Positions 27,193 to 36,396 of a DNA stretch of 64,000 nucleotides are shown here, piece after piece. The DNA is from a bacterium (lineage in GTDB: Bacteria; Patescibacteriota; Minisyncoccia; Phycocordibacterales; UBA2100), in NCBI GenBank assembly GCA_030674455.1, contig JAUSGQ010000044.1:13080-77079 (forward strand). The letters run 5' to 3'. The notes beneath the pieces are model-generated. The model ran no database searches. It saw only the letters and a list, made by a program, of their open reading frames with translations, and was not told the origin of the DNA. Within the stretch, counting starts at the first letter, position 1. Each line of letters starts with the position of its first letter. The translations under genes were made by a program, and so were the position numbers.

Positions 27193-27738
27193 CTATACCC
27201 TCTGCACCTGGTCGGCTTCGAGTTCGACTGGCGTCTCTCTTCCGAACATCGGAACTAACACCTTAACCTTTCCACGCTCTTCGTCAATCTCCCCCACTTT
27301 TCCTTCCAAATCTTTAAAAGGTCCGTCGATTATTACCACCGCATCGTCGAGTGCGAGATCAATCGCGTGGCGCACCGTGTCGCCGTCGGTCCGCTTCAAG
27401 ATTTTGTCCACCTCTTCTTGCGAAAGCGGGACCGCCTGATTTGCCGTGCCGACGAATCCGGTAACCTGCGGCGTGTTGCGGACAACGCTCCATGCATCGT
27501 CGGTGGCTATCATGTCCACGAGGACGTAGCCGGGGAAAATCTTCTCCTTCACCTCCGTCTTGCGGCCGTTCTTTATCTTTATTTTTTTTTCCGTAGGAAC
27601 TACGACGGAGAATATTTTGTCTTTCATGCCGAAGGAATCAATGCGCTGCTTTAGGTTGCGGGCTACCGCATCTTCATAGCCGGAATACGTGTGGATTGCG
27701 TACCATTGTCTTTCAGAACCGTGTGTTTGTTTGGACAT
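27193..27738 (-). CDS. nusG: transcription termination/antitermination factor NusG
   Basis: NGN domain (WYAIHTYSGYEDAV) and KOW (GKVGEIDEERGKVKVLVPMFGRETPVEL). Confidence 0.9.
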   Translation of the reverse strand: MSKQTHGSERQWYAIHTYSGYEDAVARNLKQRIDSFGMKDKIFSVVVPTEKKIKIKNGRKTEVKEKIFPGYVLVDMIATDDAWSVVRNTPQVTGFVGTANQAVPLSQEEVDKILKRTDGDTVRHAIDLALDDAVVIIDGPFKDLEGKVGEIDEERGKVKVLVPMFGRETPVELEADQVQRV

Positions 27739-27740
27739 AG

Positions 27741-27775
27741 GGGTAGGTTATAGGTGTTAGGTTACAGGTTATAGG
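27741..27775 (-). promoter_or_regulatory. tandem AGGTTAYAGGT motif abutting the nusG start
   Basis: gggtaggttataggtgttaggttacaggttatagg. Confidence 0.4.
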
Positions 27776-27778
27776 AAA

Positions 27779-28060
27779 TTACGGAGTGGTTGTGTCGGAG
27801 GTTGTTGCCGCTGCAGGAGTTGTAGTCGAGAGATTGATATTATCAATCGTAACTGCCGGAACGTTTGCTACAGGCAGGGTTTCTAGCACGCTGCGCAATC
27901 CGGTAGTAAAAATGTAGTCAAAGAGGCCGAGGTATAGAGCAATGAAAACGGAAAGCAAAATGACGATTATCGTATACACGATGGTCTGAAGCTGCGTAGG
28001 CCAAGCCACGTGCCGTAATTCCCCGCGCGTATCTTTGAGGTACTGAAAGAAGGATGACAT
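27779..28060 (-). CDS. secE: preprotein translocase subunit SecE (with Thr-rich C-terminal tail)
   Basis: 93 aa. TRGELRHVAWPTQLQT followed by a TM helix. Position upstream of nusG-rplK. Confidence 0.7.
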   Translation of the reverse strand: MSSFFQYLKDTRGELRHVAWPTQLQTIVYTIIVILLSVFIALYLGLFDYIFTTGLRSVLETLPVANVPAVTIDNINLSTTTPAAATTSDTTTP

Positions 28061-28105
28061 AGGTTACAGGTGCTAGGTTTTAGGGAATAGGTTATAGGTT
28101 ATAGT
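28061..28105 (-). promoter_or_regulatory. tandem AGGTTAYAGG motif abutting the secE start
   Basis: aggttacaggtgctaggttttagggaataggttataggttatag. Confidence 0.4.
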
Positions 28106-28130
28106 AAATTCGTCAAAACTCTCCCTAATC

Positions 28131-28150
28131 AAAAACCCCTCGCGGGGTTT
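28131..28150 (-). terminator. Rho-independent terminator (ccccgcgagggg + U-run on minus strand)
   Basis: GC hairpin 28136..28147 adjacent to an A5 run on the plus strand. Confidence 0.5.
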
Positions 28151-28214
28151 AAATACATGATAATCCAATGATGTTTAAAGTCAAGGGACAAAAAGTACTA
28201 CCATTGAGAACCAT

Positions 28215-28248
28215 TTAAAAAAACGTGGGGCAGATCCGGCTGCCCCAC
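28215..28248 (-). terminator. Rho-independent terminator (gtggggcagccggatctgccccac + U8)
   Basis: Perfect 9-bp GC-rich stem followed by 8 U on the minus-strand transcript. Downstream of the 28280..28618 gene. Confidence 0.7.
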
Positions 28249-28279
28249 ACAAAATCCCTGCCTGACCCGACGACCCTGG

Positions 28280-28618
28280 TCAGCGTCCGAACCCTGCTTT
28301 CAGCTGCACTGATTGTTTTTCTTTCTCGAGTGTCTCGAGTTTTTTGTCGATGATGGCCGCAGTTGAACGCACTTTGCGCGCCCATTCGGGCTCATGCATG
28401 CTCGTCAGCTTTCGAGCAACTTCGTGCAACCTATTGCTGGCCGGTTCGAGTTCCTCCGCCGTGAATTTCGCATGCTTTAGGGTTTCACACGCTTCGGTGA
28501 TGGTTTGCCCAATTCCGACCCTAACATCAACCGCGCTTTCGATAGCAGCGATTGCCGTACCTGTGACGTCGTCTGGCATAATTCCTCCAATAAGGACCAG
28601 TGGAAACACTTGCACCAC
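28280..28618 (-). CDS. hypothetical protein
   Basis: 112 aa, ordinary composition. Followed by two tandem terminators on its own strand. No recognisable family. Confidence 0.4.
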   Translation of the reverse strand: MVQVFPLVLIGGIMPDDVTGTAIAAIESAVDVRVGIGQTITEACETLKHAKFTAEELEPASNRLHEVARKLTSMHEPEWARKVRSTAAIIDKKLETLEKEKQSVQLKAGFGR

Positions 28619-28799
28619 GATATTCTGTGGCTTAAATTCACTCTATCAGCGGCAATTTCTGTGTCAATGTTGGGATAGTAAAAAAGCCGCCTCGCTATCT
28701 TCAATAGATAAACGCTCGAATTTCCCATCCCAATACTTAGTTTTTTAACTAAGTATTGGGATTCATAACAATGTAAATCTCCGAGGACTACCCTCGGAA

Positions 28800-29987
28800 T
28801 CAGACCACCCCGAATTTCTTGCCTACTTTTGTGAATTCTTCGACTGCCTTTTCAATATCTTTCTTTGTATGCGCGGCGGAGATTTGCACTCTGATGCGCG
28901 CTTTGCCTTTGGGGACGACGGGGAACGCGAAGCCGATGACGTAAATTCCTTCGTCAAAAAGCGCCTTCGCCATTTCAACCGCTTTCTTTTCATCGCCGAG
29001 CATTATGGGCGTTATCGGGTGCTGGGCGTTTGGTACGGCAAAACCATTCTTTTTCATCAAGTCGCGGAAGAGTTTCGTATTCTCCCACAAACGCTCGCGG
29101 AATTCCGCGTGCTTTTTCAGGTGATTGATTACGAAAAGAGATGTGCCGGTAACTGCCGTGTCCAGAGAATTTGAGAACAGGTATGAGCGCGAGCGATTGC
29201 GCAGATAATCGGCCGCCTCCGCGCGCGTGGCGATAAATGCTCCACCAGCGCCTCCGAGCGCCTTGCCGAATGTTCCAGTCACAAAATCCACGCGCCCGAC
29301 TACGCCGCAATGCTCCGGCGTGCCGCCGCCGTTCTTCCCCATCACACCCGTGGCATGTGCGTCGTCTACCATGACGAGGGCGTCGTATTTATCCGCAAGG
29401 TCGCAAATTTCTTTTAGCGGCGCGATGTCGCCGTCCATGCTGTAGACGCCGTCGGTCGCAACAACGCGCAGGCGCTTGCCACTAGACGCCTTAAGTTTTT
29501 CTTCCAAGTCGGCCATGTCCATGTGCTTATAGACCGCTCTCTCCGCTTTTGAGAGGCGCACCGCATCAATGATAGAGGCATGGTTCAGCTCATCGCTGAT
29601 GATTACATCCTGCTCGCCGAAGAATGTCTGAAAAAGTCCGACATTCGCCATAAAGCACGAAGAATACAAAACGGCATCTTCCGTGCCGACGAGTCTTGCC
29701 ACCGCGCTTTCCAAATCTTTGTGGACGGTTTGCGTCCCGCAAATAAATCGCACCGAGGCAAGTCCGAATCCCCACTTTTTAACTGCCTCTTCGGATGCTT
29801 TTTCCAAAAGTTCCGTGCCGGCTAGTCCCAAATAGTTATTCGCGCAGAAGTTCAGGTATTTTTTCCCGCCGACAGTTATCTCTCTGCCCTGCGAAGATTC
29901 GAGCACGCGCTCAACCTTATATGTGCCATTTTCCTTCGCGGCGGCAAGTTCAGCATCAAGAATCGGCTTCAATGTCTTGTACATCAA
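28800..29987 (-). CDS. kbl: glycine C-acetyltransferase (2-amino-3-ketobutyrate CoA ligase)
   Basis: 395 aa alpha-oxoamine synthase with ..NFCANNYLGLAG.., a PLP-lysine region and a GKALGGAGG motif. Confidence 0.8.
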   Translation of the reverse strand: MMYKTLKPILDAELAAAKENGTYKVERVLESSQGREITVGGKKYLNFCANNYLGLAGTELLEKASEEAVKKWGFGLASVRFICGTQTVHKDLESAVARLVGTEDAVLYSSCFMANVGLFQTFFGEQDVIISDELNHASIIDAVRLSKAERAVYKHMDMADLEEKLKASSGKRLRVVATDGVYSMDGDIAPLKEICDLADKYDALVMVDDAHATGVMGKNGGGTPEHCGVVGRVDFVTGTFGKALGGAGGAFIATRAEAADYLRNRSRSYLFSNSLDTAVTGTSLFVINHLKKHAEFRERLWENTKLFRDLMKKNGFAVPNAQHPITPIMLGDEKKAVEMAKALFDEGIYVIGFAFPVVPKGKARIRVQISAAHTKKDIEKAVEEFTKVGKKFGVV

Positions 29988-30088
29988 AAAATACTATCAC
30001 AGTATTTTTTGATGTACCAATTAACGCCCCTCACTTGGCGGTTGAACCGCCAAGTGACTTATCTTCCACAGATACGCCTTAAACTCCT

Positions 30089-30128
30089 GGATTGCTTCCC
30101 GCCACGCTATGCTCTCGGTCGCAATGAC
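30089..30128. repeat. palindromic repeat family member c (half element GGATTGCTTC...GGTCGCAATGAC)
   Basis: Shares AACTCCTGGATTGCTTC with member d. Preceded by the hairpin CACTTGGCGGTTGAACCGCCAAGTG (30031..30057). Confidence 0.55.
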
Positions 30129-30149
30129 GAGCGCTAGTTGGGAATGATA

Positions 30150-31244
30150 TTAGTTTGTCGTAAACGTTAAGTTATCTCCGCGAACCGTGCCGGAGGCATT
30201 TTGCGCCACGGTGCGGTAGTAATACGTAGTTGAAGCTGTAAGACCCGATATGCCGGCTGAAACTGAAACCGTGGTTGCGCCTGCTCCGGCCGACCGGTGC
30301 GGCGTCGATTTCAACGAGGCAGAAGCGAGAAGCGAATCCGTGCTGTATTCAAACCAGTACGTCGTCTGACTGCCGCTCGGATTAACCGTACCGCGCACGG
30401 TCGCCGAGCGTGTCGAAATAGAACTTGCGACCTGCGTCGTTACTACAGGAGAAACGGCGGCGGCGGGACCCGATGTCTTGAACGTAAGTATCGCGCCGTT
30501 CACGGTGCCGAATTGATTCTGTGCATTGAGGCGATAGTAGTAAGTCGTGGCAGGGTCGATATCGGCAATCGCGGCAGATGCCGAAATAATCGCGCCTCCG
30601 TTACCGATTGATGTGAGGCCGGTCGTAAAGCCAAGGTTGCCGTCTTTTCCATACTCAAACCAATACTGCGTCGTCGATTTATTAGGAGTCACATTTCCCG
30701 CCAAAGTGGCGCTTGTTCGTGTTATCCCGCTCGCAGATAATGTCTTTACCGTCGGGACACTTCCCACAGGAGGAGGATTGCTGTTGGTATTGAAGCCGAA
30801 TGTCGCGCCGTTTGCAGTGCCGTACGCATTATTCGCGCTTAAGCGGAAATAGTAGAGCGTGCCCGTGCGCAATCCCGTGATGTAGCCCGGAGAAGCAATT
30901 GATTGATAACCGGAGCCGATGGTCTGCGACGCGGTTTTCGCTCCGAGAGCTGTTGATACCCCATATTCATACCAATACGTTGTTGCGGCGCCGTTCGGCG
31001 TTACCGTTCCCGTTACAACCGCGGTTGAATTGGACGGTACCGCATCGGCTTTTGTAACGACAGTGGGAGCGCTCGCGGTCGGAGCGGAAGGAATGGGATT
31101 TGTGTTCCCATCAGTACTGGTATTGACGGTGGTCATAGGGGTCTCAACGGTATCCGAACCCGGGGCGTTCATCGTAAATAGATAATATCCGCCTATCAAA
31201 ATAACGGCAGCCAAAAGCACGCCGATTATAAGATTCTTATTCAT
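30150..31244 (-). CDS. secreted/anchored protein with three tandem FN3-like repeats
   Basis: 364 aa. Signal anchor, then three ~95-aa repeats each carrying T.YW(F/Y)EYG ... T.YY(Y/F)R..A.N..GT..G...TF.T. Confidence 0.7.
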   Translation of the reverse strand: MNKNLIIGVLLAAVILIGGYYLFTMNAPGSDTVETPMTTVNTSTDGNTNPIPSAPTASAPTVVTKADAVPSNSTAVVTGTVTPNGAATTYWYEYGVSTALGAKTASQTIGSGYQSIASPGYITGLRTGTLYYFRLSANNAYGTANGATFGFNTNSNPPPVGSVPTVKTLSASGITRTSATLAGNVTPNKSTTQYWFEYGKDGNLGFTTGLTSIGNGGAIISASAAIADIDPATTYYYRLNAQNQFGTVNGAILTFKTSGPAAAVSPVVTTQVASSISTRSATVRGTVNPSGSQTTYWFEYSTDSLLASASLKSTPHRSAGAGATTVSVSAGISGLTASTTYYYRTVAQNASGTVRGDNLTFTTN

Positions 31245-31570
31245 ACATTTGTTAATTGATTAATAATTGTGAGCTAATAAGCCTTTTCGGGAGCGAGTCG
31301 AATCACGCTTCGCAAAAGCGCTCGCATCATTGCATTTCCCTGCTGAAGCAATGATGAATCTTCATGAATTGGGTTCACGGATACTTCATCATGTGTCCTT
31401 TAGGATAAATGAAGTTTTGCATGAAGTGCGATTCTTTAAAGAAAATATTAAACACCCGAATAATCAAGTAAAAACGAGGTATTTTAAGACTTCACAATCC
31501 TTCATGATAAATTCATGTAGCCATAGTACACTGTAGCAATATTCAGTTTCTTAATGCTTTTTACATATTT

Positions 31571-32266
31571 ATGCGTCTTTTAATCGACGAGGATGAGGAG
31601 TCATTGGCAAAAAACCTGAAGCGGTTGCTTGAACTCAAGGGTTTCGCCGTCGATTGGCTCACAACCGCCGAAAAGGCGCGAACGCGGATAATGCTTTATA
31701 GGAATGAATATGGGGCAATACTTTTGGACCTTACACTTCCCGGAATGAGCGGCACGGAACTTACAAAGAGCGTACGGGCCGAAGGCGTGACGACACCCAT
31801 AATAATCCTGACTGGAAAAAGCGAAACGCAATATAAGATAGAGCTCTTAAACAGCGGCGCCGACGACTACGTCGTGAAGCCCTTTTCGTCTGACGAACTG
31901 ATAGCGAGAATCTCTTCGGTAGTGCGGCGACCCGTCCAGGAAATCCCTATCGTGCGAACTGTAGGCCAGCTTTCCATAGATTCGTCAGCGCGTCGCGTTA
32001 CTGCGAGCGGCACGCACTTAACGCTAACGCTCAAAGAGTATTCGCTTCTGGAATGTTTTATGCGCCGACCCAACGAAATCTTAACGCGCGAGGATCTCTC
32101 GAATCAGATATGGGACTTTAATTCCCTCACGATGAGCAACGTACTGGACGTACATATGAAGAACCTGCGCAAAAAAATAAGTTCGGCAGCCGGCAATGCC
32201 GCGAGGTTTGAGACCGTCCGCGGCGTGGGGTATCGCCTCGTCTTATCGCAGGACGAATATGCTTAA
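31571..32266 (+). CDS. OmpR-family response regulator
   Basis: Receiver plus winged-helix (..RFETVRGVGYRL). Ends in ATGCTTAA overlapping the kinase start. Confidence 0.85.
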   Translation: MRLLIDEDEESLAKNLKRLLELKGFAVDWLTTAEKARTRIMLYRNEYGAILLDLTLPGMSGTELTKSVRAEGVTTPIIILTGKSETQYKIELLNSGADDYVVKPFSSDELIARISSVVRRPVQEIPIVRTVGQLSIDSSARRVTASGTHLTLTLKEYSLLECFMRRPNEILTREDLSNQIWDFNSLTMSNVLDVHMKNLRKKISSAAGNAARFETVRGVGYRLVLSQDEYA

Positions 32267-34352
32267 AACCACGGCTTTTTCCACGATAACTTTTCCCATT
32301 TCATTCATCCGTTCAATCCCGCGCAGGCGCCTTCTTTTAGGTTCTCTTATTTTCTCGGCGTACCTCGTGGCGGCGGGCATCGGATTGCTCCTGCACCCTG
32401 CTGGCACGCTCCAGACCATCATCTGGCCGCCTACGGGCATCGCGCTTGCGGCCTTCGCGCTGTATGGCTACCGATTTTGGCCGGCCGTGGCGCTTGCGGT
32501 GCTTATCACCAATCTCTGGACCGGAGAATACTTTCTTTCCGCGCTCGGCGTCGCGGCAGGAAACACACTTGGTCCGCTTCTTGGAGCATTGGTATTGAAA
32601 CGATATTTTGGCTTCCTTCCACGAAGGATACGTTTGCGCGACAGCGTCGGCATTTTGGCCGCCGCATGTCTCTCCCCGCTAGTGACCGCCGGCATTGCGG
32701 CTGCGAGCCTGTGGCTGACAGGCGCTTTCGATAAAGAAAGTGTCGCCGCTACATGGGTCATGTGGTGGATAATTGCCGACGCTCTAGGCATACTCGTCTT
32801 CGGTTCGATGTTCATCAACTGGCTCATGCCGTCCCTCTATTCGAGAACAAAAAAACAATATCTTGAACTTGCGTGCGTACTCATTGCGACGGCGGTTGCC
32901 GCGTACTTTATTTTTTGGTTGCCGCAGAACCGTTTTTCCTACTATATATTTATCCCGCTTGGGTGGGCGGCACTTCGTACCGGACCGCGCGGCACATCGT
33001 TCGCCGTAATGCTTGCGGCCGCTATTTCGTCATGGGGGACGCTTGCCGGGTTTGGGCCGTTTGCCCACCTGAATGTTCTCTATCTTCAGGGATTCCTCAT
33101 CATAATGACAGTTCTGCCGCTCTTTTTCAGCGCTCTTGTTGAGGAAAACCGAAATAACGCAATGGCGCTCACCAAACACGTCAATGACCTTGAACGCGCG
33201 CTCTACAAAATAAGTTCCGAGGATGAAGCAAAAAAGGAATTCATAGCGATTCTCGCGCATGAATTGCGAAATCCCTTGTCGGCGATTTTGAGTTCGGTCG
33301 AGCTTCTTAAATTGCAGGGCACTGGCGCGTCAGACAGCCCGCAACAACTCCAGATGATAGACGAGCGAGTGCGCTCCATGGCAATCATTCTTGAGAACCT
33401 GTTGGATATTTCCCGCATATCGCACAATAAATTCAAGCTGGATAAAAAAGTCATCGCGCTCTGTGATGTTATTGAACGTTCCGCTTCAACACTTCAAACC
33501 GCCATGCATGCGCGTAAACAAACGCTATCCATTACCAAACCACCCGAAAAAATATACATAGAAGCGGACGCTACTCGCTTTGAGCAGGTAATCAACAATC
33601 TCCTTTCTAACGCGATTAAATACACCGCTCCCGGCGGCGCCATCGAAATTGTAATCACGCGCGAGGACGCAACCGCTGTCATCCGCGTGCGCGATAGCGG
33701 AATCGGTATCCCGCAGACCATGTTGACGCGCATCTTTGAGCCGTTCTTCCAGATCAACCGGGCGAACCGTACATCGGCCGGCCTCGGAATCGGACTCTCG
33801 CTCGCGCGCCAACTCGTGGAAATGCATGGCGGAACGATAGAAGCGGTAAGCCAGGGTGAAAGCAAGGGTTCTGAATTCATTGTGCGCTTGCCGATTATCG
33901 TGCATCCCAACTTAGAGCCCGCCACCGACACAAAAACATTGGGTGCGAGTCCTAATCGCACAGTGCGGCAGGCTAAGAACTCCTTAAGAATTCTGGTCGT
34001 CGATGACAACGAACCTGCCGCTGAATCGCTCGGACGATTGCTCTTTCTTCGCGGCCATACGGTCGAAGTCGCATTCAATGGGGCAGAAGCAATAGAAAAA
34101 ACGCGCCGCTTGCGGCCACAGGCCGTGATATTGGATATAGGATTGCCGGATATGGACGGGTACGCTGTCGCGCACATGATAAGGCGCAGCAAAGGTCCGC
34201 AGCCATTTCTCATAGCGCTTACCGGCTACGGGCAACGCGAAGATAAAGAACAGGCGCGAAAGGTCGGATTCGACAGGCATCTCACTAAGCCCGTCGGTCT
34301 TAAGGAGGTGGAAGCGGCGCTGCGAAAAATGCCACGAACCAGCGAGGACTAA
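32259..34352 (+). CDS. hybrid sensor histidine kinase (MASE1-like 8-TM sensor, HisKA, HATPase_c, C-terminal receiver)
   Basis: IWPPTGIALAAFALYG.. MASE1-like N-terminus, H-box ILAHELRNPLSAI, N/G boxes, then a REC domain (ILVVDDNEPAAESL..DIGLPDMDG). Confidence 0.85.
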   Translation: MLKTTAFSTITFPISFIRSIPRRRLLLGSLIFSAYLVAAGIGLLLHPAGTLQTIIWPPTGIALAAFALYGYRFWPAVALAVLITNLWTGEYFLSALGVAAGNTLGPLLGALVLKRYFGFLPRRIRLRDSVGILAAACLSPLVTAGIAAASLWLTGAFDKESVAATWVMWWIIADALGILVFGSMFINWLMPSLYSRTKKQYLELACVLIATAVAAYFIFWLPQNRFSYYIFIPLGWAALRTGPRGTSFAVMLAAAISSWGTLAGFGPFAHLNVLYLQGFLIIMTVLPLFFSALVEENRNNAMALTKHVNDLERALYKISSEDEAKKEFIAILAHELRNPLSAILSSVELLKLQGTGASDSPQQLQMIDERVRSMAIILENLLDISRISHNKFKLDKKVIALCDVIERSASTLQTAMHARKQTLSITKPPEKIYIEADATRFEQVINNLLSNAIKYTAPGGAIEIVITREDATAVIRVRDSGIGIPQTMLTRIFEPFFQINRANRTSAGLGIGLSLARQLVEMHGGTIEAVSQGESKGSEFIVRLPIIVHPNLEPATDTKTLGASPNRTVRQAKNSLRILVVDDNEPAAESLGRLLFLRGHTVEVAFNGAEAIEKTRRLRPQAVILDIGLPDMDGYAVAHMIRRSKGPQPFLIALTGYGQREDKEQARKVGFDRHLTKPVGLKEVEAALRKMPRTSED

Positions 34353-34355
34353 ATG

Positions 34356-35570
34356 TTAGTAGGAAACGGAGGAAGTAGGTGAGGAAATGGGAACAACGAG
34401 AGGAAATGAAGTTCTGCCATTAACGTCGGGCGAATTCTCAGCGTCAGTGCTCGTTTCGCTATTGTTGGTTCTTTCGGAATTCCCGGATGTTGATGTGGTG
34501 AGCGATGCCTTTTCTTTCGATTGTTCGGGAAACTTCTCATTCCCGTTTCCCTTTCGCAGCTTGTTGTTGTCGGAACCATCCTTGTTCGGCTCGGTAATAA
34601 GCAATCCGGTGCTTTTGTGAATGCGGGAGCTGGTCTGCAAGAGAACATGTATCTTTTCCGTGTCGGAAAGGGCGTTTTGGAACGCGCCAAGCGCCTGCGG
34701 CTCTGCGTCAATGCCGAGGAAATTCTCTCCGGCCGAAATCGTGGCGCTCGCATGCGCGAGATTCTGCGCGATAGTTTCTGCAGACGAAGAGGCAAACGCG
34801 GCATGGACTTCGCCCGATAATTTCACAGAGTCATCCAATCCTTTTTTTGCGGCATCGCGCATACGAGCCACCGCCTCTGCTTTAGCTGCGGTTGTTCCCG
34901 ATTCTGCGCGCACCTGCGCACGTACCAATATGGAGGACACGCGTTCGCGTTCCGCTTGAACGGATGAAGCGAGCGTGCTGGCGGATCCACCTTTCGCGCT
35001 CCCCACTTCAACGAGAACGCGCTCGTATTCGGAGAGTTGGGCTTCAAAACGGACTGCCGCCTCGGCGCTTCGGCCGGGGCTTGTTTCCGACCGTTGTCCC
35101 ATATTATCGCTCGCTTTGCGCGCATGCTCCTCGAAACTTGCCCGCAGTTCCAGCTCCGTATTTTCATCCAAGCGGCCTTGTGCGGCAAGCGTTGCGGCCT
35201 CCTTCAAGCGCTCGCCTGCAACGCTCATCGCCAACTCTTGTTTCGCATCCGTAGATATGGCAAGCGCTTCTTTTAGAGGCTCATTCACCTCCGTCTTTAT
35301 CGCATACAGAACATCTCCCGGAAGCGCACTGCGGGCGGCATAGGAAATCCCGGCTGAAGAAGCAAATACCGCAAGTGCCAAAACGGCGGCAACCGGTCGA
35401 AGCAGGCTGAAACCCCAGAACGATATCTCCGCAGACACTTCTGTGGGTGTACGCAGAGGCTTCATAGCCATGTATTCGCGGAGCATGCCCTTCATTTTTT
35501 CGCGCTCCGCGCGCGTGAGAGAGATGTTTTCTCCGGACTTTTTGATGTATGTGTTGAATTTGTTATTCAT
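34356..35570 (-). CDS. putative anti-sigma factor (DUF5667-like, single TM, coiled-coil/Ala-rich ectodomain)
   Basis: Immediately downstream of the ECF sigma gene, with the topology and composition expected of an anti-sigma partner. Confidence 0.5.
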   Translation of the reverse strand: MNNKFNTYIKKSGENISLTRAEREKMKGMLREYMAMKPLRTPTEVSAEISFWGFSLLRPVAAVLALAVFASSAGISYAARSALPGDVLYAIKTEVNEPLKEALAISTDAKQELAMSVAGERLKEAATLAAQGRLDENTELELRASFEEHARKASDNMGQRSETSPGRSAEAAVRFEAQLSEYERVLVEVGSAKGGSASTLASSVQAERERVSSILVRAQVRAESGTTAAKAEAVARMRDAAKKGLDDSVKLSGEVHAAFASSSAETIAQNLAHASATISAGENFLGIDAEPQALGAFQNALSDTEKIHVLLQTSSRIHKSTGLLITEPNKDGSDNNKLRKGNGNEKFPEQSKEKASLTTSTSGNSERTNNSETSTDAENSPDVNGRTSFPLVVPISSPTSSVSY

Positions 35571-35579
35571 ACTTGATAT

Positions 35580-36110
35580 TTATATTTGACAGAGTGCGCG
35601 CAATTTTGCGATTCCACGATGCAGACGCACGGAAACGACATTTTCGGAAACGCCGATTGTCCTGGCGATTTCTCCGATGGAAAAATCATCAATGAAACGG
35701 AGCGTGACAGCGACGCGATACTGCTCGGGCAATTCCGGTATGTGCGAACGAATTTTCTCAACCAATACTCGTTCGTCAATGCGCTCCTCGTTTTCGCGGC
35801 CGTCATCATTTGAGAGAAGCGCCTCCACAGCCGGCGCGCTCGCCTCATCTTCAAGCATTTCATCGAGAGAAACGGAATATTTCTTACGGTATTCATCGAT
35901 AATGAGATTGTGCAGGATCCGATAGAGGAAACTTTTGTAATGTGCGACAGTGCCTCCTCCCCTAAGATAATTCCATGCTTTGAGAAATGTTTCTTGAGTA
36001 AGGTCATACGCACGTTCTCGGTCACCGATACGGAATGATGCGTGCCGAAACAATGCATCGGCATTTGTGTCGAACGCTTCAAGTAAGGCCCGTTCCTCTT
36101 TCGTTTCCAT
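35580..36110 (-). CDS. ECF-subfamily RNA polymerase sigma factor
   Basis: Sigma-70 region 2 (..YDLTQETFLKAWNYL..) and region 4 HTH (FSIGEIARTIGVSENVVSVRLHRG). Start trimmed to METKEE (ATG 36108-36110). Confidence 0.8.
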   Translation of the reverse strand: METKEERALLEAFDTNADALFRHASFRIGDRERAYDLTQETFLKAWNYLRGGGTVAHYKSFLYRILHNLIIDEYRKKYSVSLDEMLEDEASAPAVEALLSNDDGRENEERIDERVLVEKIRSHIPELPEQYRVAVTLRFIDDFSIGEIARTIGVSENVVSVRLHRGIAKLRALCQI

Positions 36111-36228
36111 TGTCGGGTCCTGCCACTTAAGACGCGGTGGGAAGAGACTTCTTACCCGCGCTCTAACCGGAAGGTAGAAGCATAGTACATTACGCTCTCC
36201 GACGCGGAAAGCTCCGCGAGACAAATTT

Positions 36229-36267
36229 AAAAAGCCCGTGAATCCAAGGTCCTAAGGATTCACGGGC
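36229..36267 (-). terminator. Rho-independent terminator (gcccgtgaatcc..ggattcacgggc + U5)
   Basis: 12-bp stem followed by a U-run on the minus strand. Separates the RR2-HK2 operon from the sigma gene. Confidence 0.65.
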
Positions 36268-36321
36268 TTATATGTATAAGACGACCGGGTGCGCGGCAAC
36301 TTACCGGGAATCTGGAATCGG

Positions 36322-36396
36322 TATTCTGTATATAGTATTCAGTATGCTTTTTCTGCATTTATACTGAATACACGATACTGTATATACACGATACTT
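36322..36396. repeat. second GTATTCAGTAT...ATACTGAATAC heptad hairpin, upstream of the ECF sigma gene
   Basis: ggtattctgtatatagtattcagtat...atactgaatacacgatactgtatatacacgatact. Confidence 0.6.

Noticed and set aside
40-28110. Short tandem repeats (AGGTTATAGG etc.) considered as a possible CRISPR array
   Set aside because: Units are only 8-10 bp, have no spacers of unique sequence, and always sit directly in front of start codons. That is not a CRISPR architecture, and no cas genes are present.
28101-28280. tRNA (for example tRNA-Trp, which often precedes secE) upstream of secE
   Set aside because: No T-loop GTTCRANYC or cloverleaf-compatible segment found. The hairpins there are better explained as two intrinsic terminators of the upstream gene. 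No tRNA, rRNA, tmRNA or RNase P signatures were seen anywhere in the window.
28729-28760. 32-bp perfect palindrome CCCAATACTTAGTTTTTTAACTAAGTATTGGG downstream of kbl as a terminator
   Set aside because: The T-run is inside the loop instead of following the stem, and the flanks are not U-rich on either strand. Likely structural or a binding site, but its function is unassignable.
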